Positions 62,801-64,000 of a stretch of DNA of 64,000 nucleotides are shown one piece after another (position 1 is the first letter of the stretch; every line of letters starts with the position of its first letter). The DNA lies in the NCBI GenBank assembly GCA_965113315.1, contig OZ220365.1. One strand, given 5' to 3'. A program made the translations under genes and the position numbers. Source of the DNA: Podarcis vaucheri (taxonomy: Eukaryota). Under the pieces are notes generated by a model. That model was not told where the DNA came from. It made no database searches and was given only the letters and a program-made list of their open reading frames with translations.

Positions 62801-63166
62801 AGAAAAAGAGCTACGTTGAAAGGAGCCTGATTAATACCAAAAAGCCAAGAACTAGTGCTTTGAGGATGTCACTGGAGTTCCATAAAGGTATCTATTGTGT
62901 TTCCATTTAAAAATTACTTAAACGAATCACTGATGTTGTTTTTGTAGCACGGTGCTTGGATACAGTTCTGCATTTTCTTTTGGTTTAATTTTCTGCATTG
63001 TCTTTTGGTTTAATTTTATTCTTGAAATGAAGATCCCGGCAGCCACAGCTCACTGCCGCATGCTATTGTGGTGAACCTCGCAGGCTTTTTTGAACTTTGG
63101 GATGCCTTCGTGCTGAACTGGGTGAAGTCTACTCAAGGGTCTGTGTCTGATGAAAAAATGTATGAA
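17768..63166 (+). CDS. MDN1: Midasin (dynein-related AAA+ ATPase, 60S maturation, Rea1 orthologue); spliced CDS, 53 exons / 2697 codons in window, 3'-partial
   Basis: All 53 exons join in phase. Six Walker A motifs (GPVGCGKT, GETGTGKT, GDTSIGKT, GDTGCGKT, GSPGVGKT, GPAAAGKT) with matching Walker B motifs. N-terminus MEH...RFLAKQ-IWSQQDRQC resembles human MDN1. Confidence 0.97.
20300..21184. mobile_element. Non-autonomous Tigger/pogo-like (Tc1/mariner) element with GC-rich foldback interior
   Basis: 22-bp TIR CAGTGGTGCC(C/T)CGCAAGACGAA, TA TSD, subterminal cgcaaga repeats. Confidence 0.9.
22092..22227. mobile_element. Palindromic hAT-like MITE (gactacaactcccatc family)
   Basis: Near-perfect foldback cttcaaccttggattcccagata.../...tatctgggaatccaaggttgaag; degenerate copies near 4445, 14670, 21190, 38000, 39060, 61370 and 62255. 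Confidence 0.75.
22320..22546 (+). CDS. MDN1: MDN1 exon 2
   Basis: IWSQQDRQCILSALAQLLLDK...HPDVMP; ttcag/gtaagt. Confidence 0.93.
23383..23640. mobile_element. Non-autonomous Tc1/mariner-superfamily DNA transposon
   Basis: TIR CC(A/G)TATTTTT, TA TSD, internal ~30-bp inverted repeat. Confidence 0.85.
23680..23904 (+). CDS. MDN1: MDN1 exon 3
   Basis: FALRYFKDTSPVFQRLFLESSD...LVRW; tgtag/gtaagt. Confidence 0.93.
24524..24631 (+). CDS. MDN1: MDN1 exon 4
   Basis: YTASCLALVTCMNDEH...HFRLK; ttag/gtaagt. Confidence 0.92.
24745..24937 (+). CDS. MDN1: MDN1 exon 5
   Basis: LLEESRMQNVECALVLANP...GEN; atag/gtaagt. Confidence 0.92.
25991..26092 (+). mobile_element. 3' fragment of a squamate SINE (Squam3-like) with (CTT)n tail
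   Basis: gtgagccgctttgagactcc...gggatatcaaatccaaact followed by (ctt)n. Confidence 0.6.
26444..26659 (+). CDS. MDN1: MDN1 exon 6 (AAA1 Walker A)
   Basis: VLLEGPVGCGKT...QLGDQTDSK; tandem CAGCAG acceptor (start 26444 or 26447). Confidence 0.92.
27213..27344 (+). CDS. MDN1: MDN1 exon 7
   Basis: TLLGMYRCTDVPGEFVWQPG...WILLEDIDYAPLDV. Confidence 0.94.
28006..28109 (+). CDS. MDN1: MDN1 exon 8
   Basis: ISVLIPLLENGELLIPGR...FATRR. Confidence 0.93.
28820..28934 (+). CDS. MDN1: MDN1 exon 9
   Basis: LFSYGGGWYKQQNSHAALLDKYWTKI...IRE. Confidence 0.92.
29751..29941 (+). CDS. MDN1: MDN1 exon 10
   Basis: ILQRRYPKLAVVIDRLL...EGRELSLR. Confidence 0.92.
30224..30305 (+). CDS. MDN1: MDN1 exon 11
   Basis: DLLNWCNRIAYNFDSSSSSTALNIFHE. 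Confidence 0.92.
30770..30865 (+). CDS. MDN1: MDN1 exon 12
   Basis: ALDCFTAMLSKQESRLKMAEIIGSQLNISKHK. Confidence 0.92.
31615..31841. mobile_element. Tigger-like MITE
   Basis: cag..gtacctcgggtt ends; clearly homologous to 33751-33943. Confidence 0.8.
31935..32047 (+). CDS. MDN1: MDN1 exon 13
   Basis: TEYYCQLYKPEIAIREQEVSVGRVQLLRKQ. Confidence 0.91.
32346..32494 (+). CDS. MDN1: MDN1 exon 14 (AAA2 Walker A)
   Basis: TFAPTRPS...EPVLLVGETGTGKTSTVQYLA. Confidence 0.93.
32588..32648 (+). CDS. MDN1: MDN1 exon 15
   Basis: HRLRVINMNQQSDTADLLGG. Confidence 0.92.
33400..33605 (+). CDS. MDN1: MDN1 exon 16
   Basis: YKPVDDKLIWLPLRESFEELFAQTFS...KEN. Confidence 0.93.
33751..33943. mobile_element. Tigger-like MITE
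   Basis: TA-cagtgtacctc...gaggtaccactg-TA. Confidence 0.82.
34868..34971 (+). CDS. MDN1: MDN1 exon 17
   Basis: SPLKEKWEELG...ALVFAFVE. Confidence 0.92.
35624..35768 (+). CDS. MDN1: MDN1 exon 18 (AAA2 Walker B)
   Basis: GTLAQAVKKGEWILLDEINLA...DRGDT. Confidence 0.94.
36182..36278 (+). CDS. MDN1: MDN1 exon 19
   Basis: PLVRHSNFRLFACMNPATDVGKRNLPPGIRNR. Confidence 0.94.
37622..37735 (+). CDS. MDN1: MDN1 exon 20
   Basis: FTELYVEELQNEGDLQILIMDYL. Confidence 0.92.
37820..37975. mobile_element. hAT-like MITE
   Basis: TIR CAGTGCTTTTTT, 7/8 TSD acttgtag/acatgtag. Confidence 0.8.
39395..39542 (+). CDS. MDN1: MDN1 exon 21
   Basis: FYLSVRKE...DGTGHRPHYSLRTLCRAL...RSLYE. Confidence 0.94.
39694..39804 (+). 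CDS. MDN1: MDN1 exon 22 (GC donor)
   Basis: GFCLGFLTQLDRSSYP...SILKQ; CAG|GCAAGT. Confidence 0.9.
39960..40640 (-). mobile_element. Probable decayed L1-clade ORF2 fragment
   Basis: Broken frames with faint L1-like motifs (LGDF, FLQARHF); no TSD seen. Confidence 0.3.
40751..40902 (+). CDS. MDN1: MDN1 exon 23
   Basis: SLPEPKGGRMIKVEGYWI...NLRDIVRVVSAG. Confidence 0.92.
41841..42068. mobile_element. Tigger-like MITE, opposite orientation to the 33751 copy
   Basis: TA-CAGTGGTACCTC...GAGGTACCACTG. Confidence 0.8.
42158..42336 (+). CDS. MDN1: MDN1 exon 24 (AAA3 Walker A)
   Basis: YPVLIQGDTSIGKTS...RINNHEHTDIQEYIG. Confidence 0.94.
42474..42682 (+). CDS. MDN1: MDN1 exon 25 (AAA3 Walker B)
   Basis: WIILDELNLAPTDVLEALNRLLDDNREL...YGGRK. 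Confidence 0.95.
43211..43357 (+). CDS. MDN1: MDN1 exon 26
   Basis: VLSRAFRNRFVELHFDELP...LELQ. Confidence 0.94.
43709..43850 (+). CDS. MDN1: MDN1 exon 27
   Basis: SYRRGSSVFAGKHGFITLRDLFRWAERY. Confidence 0.94.
43972..44106 (+). CDS. MDN1: MDN1 exon 28
   Basis: FMLLAGRVRKQEEVDVIQTVIEKHFK. Confidence 0.92.
44218..44356 (+). CDS. MDN1: MDN1 exon 29
   Basis: FSHIVWTQGMTRLA...EPILLVGDTG. Confidence 0.92.
44463..44601 (+). CDS. MDN1: MDN1 exon 30 (completes AAA4 Walker A)
   Basis: CGKTTICQ...NCHLHMETSDFLGGLRPVR. Confidence 0.94.
44673..44712. repeat. (GTAT)n microsatellite
   Basis: Directly visible. Confidence 0.95.
44757..44884 (+). CDS. MDN1: MDN1 exon 31 (AAA4 Walker B)
   Basis: LFEWHDG...FFLMDEISLADDSVLERLN. 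Confidence 0.94.
45107..45242 (+). CDS. MDN1: MDN1 exon 32
   Basis: VLETEKTLVLAEK...ATMNPGGDFGKKE. Confidence 0.94.
46316..46445 (+). CDS. MDN1: MDN1 exon 33
   Basis: LSPALRNRFTEIWCP. Confidence 0.93.
47730..47880 (+). repeat. LINE 3' end with (TAT)n microsatellite tail
   Basis: gccgccctgagcc...gggcgggatataaataaa followed by about 20 TAT units. Confidence 0.8.
48247..48480 (+). CDS. MDN1: MDN1 exon 34
   Basis: MMDFIEWL...SIRDVLSWVSFMN...VYIDGIGS. Confidence 0.93.
48761..48958 (+). CDS. MDN1: MDN1 exon 35 (GC donor)
   Basis: ALAREKCLEYL...GIHPFFIPT; CAG|GCAAGG. Confidence 0.86.
49518..49726 (+). CDS. MDN1: MDN1 exon 36 (AAA5 Walker A)
   Basis: KPILLEGSPGVGKTSLV...RINLSEQT. Confidence 0.95.
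50293..50415 (+). CDS. MDN1: MDN1 exon 37 (AAA5 Walker B)
   Basis: DVTDLFGTDLPVEG...WIVLDE. Confidence 0.94.
51016..51223. mobile_element. hAT MITE
   Basis: TIR cagg.g.gtccaac, perfect 8-bp TSD ggctatgc, subterminal gtagatc repeats. Confidence 0.88.
51443..51640 (+). CDS. MDN1: MDN1 exon 38 (GC donor)
   Basis: LNLASQSVLEGLNACFDHR...GGGRKGLPKSFLNRFTQ; CAG|GCAAGT. Confidence 0.92.
51801..51908 (+). CDS. MDN1: MDN1 exon 39
   Basis: VFVDPLSSADMEYIG...MVEFNNM. Confidence 0.92.
52558..52746 (+). CDS. MDN1: MDN1 exon 40
   Basis: KWGHKGGPWEFNLRDLFRWCQL. Confidence 0.94.
53567..53656 (+). CDS. MDN1: MDN1 exon 41
   Basis: VVCLFRDIFG...HITPYDVQ. Confidence 0.9.
53766..54026 (+). CDS. MDN1: MDN1 exon 42 (AAA6 Walker A)
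   Basis: ILVGPAAAGKTSL...MDTTELLGGFEQ. Confidence 0.94.
54244..54514 (+). CDS. MDN1: MDN1 exon 43
   Basis: VDIIRPWKSLLEKVE...NNKISSYSKP. Confidence 0.92.
55299..55458 (+). CDS. MDN1: MDN1 exon 44 (AAA6 Walker B)
   Basis: HGTFEWVDGMLVQALQSGEWLLMDNVNFC. Confidence 0.93.
56111..56227 (+). CDS. MDN1: MDN1 exon 45
   Basis: PSVLDRLNALLEPGGVLTMSERG...PHPNFR. Confidence 0.93.
56692..56836 (+). mobile_element. tRNA-derived SINE with CR1-like 3' tail
   Basis: tRNA-like ggttagagtgcggtgttgataatgccaaggttgcagg; tail ggtcccttccaactctacaattct..gattcta. Confidence 0.7.
57262..57464 (+). CDS. MDN1: MDN1 exon 46
   Basis: LFLSMDPSHGEISRAMRNRGIEIY; weak AAG acceptor. Confidence 0.88.
57711..57856 (+). CDS. 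MDN1: MDN1 exon 47
   Basis: LSALINAATLIVQQLRRG...ACWDIYV. Confidence 0.9.
58124..58326 (+). CDS. MDN1: MDN1 exon 48
   Basis: HMLDLIMKHVS...GLWPDS...DGQVLAYCLNR. Confidence 0.9.
59285..59505 (+). CDS. MDN1: MDN1 exon 49
   Basis: TLPLTIHDFEKI...AVKLFIEKATNQDWTLRV; alternative in-frame start possible at 59252. Confidence 0.85.
60319..60432 (+). CDS. MDN1: MDN1 exon 50
   Basis: SVYTQLEAGAASLNNFY...LQPNMT. Confidence 0.9.
60631..60988 (-). mobile_element. Sauria SINE, full length, apparently young
   Basis: A box TGGCGCTGTGG, B box GGTTCGAATCC, (ACCTTT) tail; 13-bp TSD tgtgcgtaaaata at 60618-60630 and 60990-61002. Confidence 0.93.
61213..61342 (+). CDS. MDN1: MDN1 exon 51
   Basis: EHVIPMDPRWNMQCLD...LLQSLSNR. 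Confidence 0.91.
61564..62117. mobile_element. Non-autonomous hAT (Charlie-like) element
   Basis: 14-bp perfect TIR CAGTGTTTTTCAAC, perfect 8-bp TSD ttctataa. Confidence 0.92.
62778..62887 (+). CDS. MDN1: MDN1 exon 52
   Basis: AILFLDREKK...LRMSLEFHK. Confidence 0.9.
63033..63166 (+). CDS. MDN1: MDN1 exon 53
   Basis: PGSHSSLPHAIVVNLAGFFELWDA...MYE; donor gtaagt. Confidence 0.9.
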
Positions 63167-64000
63167 GTAAGTAGACCATACAAACATCTGGGGTCACCCA
63201 TTGCTTGGACTTTGGGAGCTGTCCACTTACTTTCCCTGTGTTACGGTCTCTATTTTTGTCATACCATTTTGTTTGAAAGTGGAAACCTGGGAAGAGGACA
63301 TGAAATCCACCTGTCTTTTCCAGTTGCTTGGAGGATCGGGCAAAGTGGTTAGTCACATTCAAGAGATTCCTCTGATTTAGGAATAAGAGCTCATCTAAAA
63401 CAGATAAATGTTTTGTCTAGTTTGAACTGTAGGGAAATAGTGTGCCCCTATAAAGATATGTACATGCCAGAACAAAGCCAAGGATCCATGAATGATTGCA
63501 GAAATGGAAAGCTAATCATCTTCATGCCAAAGGATAAGCTAAATTGCAAGAACTGCAGTGCTCCAGCTTTCTGTTTTTCTGGTCTAATTTAGGATGTTAG
63601 ATCAGAGAAATCTGTTTCCAGAAAGATACTGTTTTCTGGAGCACAGCCTGGATGGGTCATGGAAGCTGCCTTAAGAGATCCTCTGAGCAAGGACCACAGG
63701 GAGTCTACTTCAGGCTCATAGCTCAGTGGGTGAAGTGCAAGAGGTTACCCTCCTGAGACACCAAAGGTTGGAAGGTGCAATTTTTGCCTAGCAGCTTGTG
63801 TTATCCTAGACTTGCACCTTTTCCGTCTCAGGCATAAAGTCTCAGGAATGAAGGTGTCTTTCTGCTCAAACAAGGCCCGTTTAGATTTAAGACATGTGCC
63901 ATTTCCTAATGATAAAAGAACAATGTTTTCCACCTGAAAAAGCATTACCGTGTGCATCATGGAATGGAAGACTCATTATTTTTTCCTCTGGCTTGCCTCT

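Overview
Vertebrate genomic DNA from a squamate reptile, probably a lacertid lizard, judged from Sauria SINEs and squamate-type MITEs. Two spliced genes lie head-to-head, each with its own CpG-island promoter. (1) CASP8AP2/FLASH on the minus strand: ATG at 13383, seven coding exons down to 827, including two giant exons; its last exon lies left of the window. (2) MDN1/midasin on the plus strand: ATG at 17768, 53 phase-consistent coding exons to 63166 (8091 nt, 2697 codons), covering the N-domain, all six AAA modules and the start of the linker; the gene continues past the window. Exon boundaries were read by hand from splice signals, reading phase and recalled similarity to the human proteins. 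Introns carry Sauria and other SINEs, a 5'-truncated L1, and Tc1/mariner and hAT non-autonomous elements with TSDs. I found no wholly new gene system. The best leads are regulatory: the FLASH LDLY motif reads LNLF; a uORF stop overlaps the FLASH start (TAATG); there are two routes to a short N-terminal FLASH; there is a candidate in-frame alternative first exon for MDN1; and MDN1 has three GC-AG introns.
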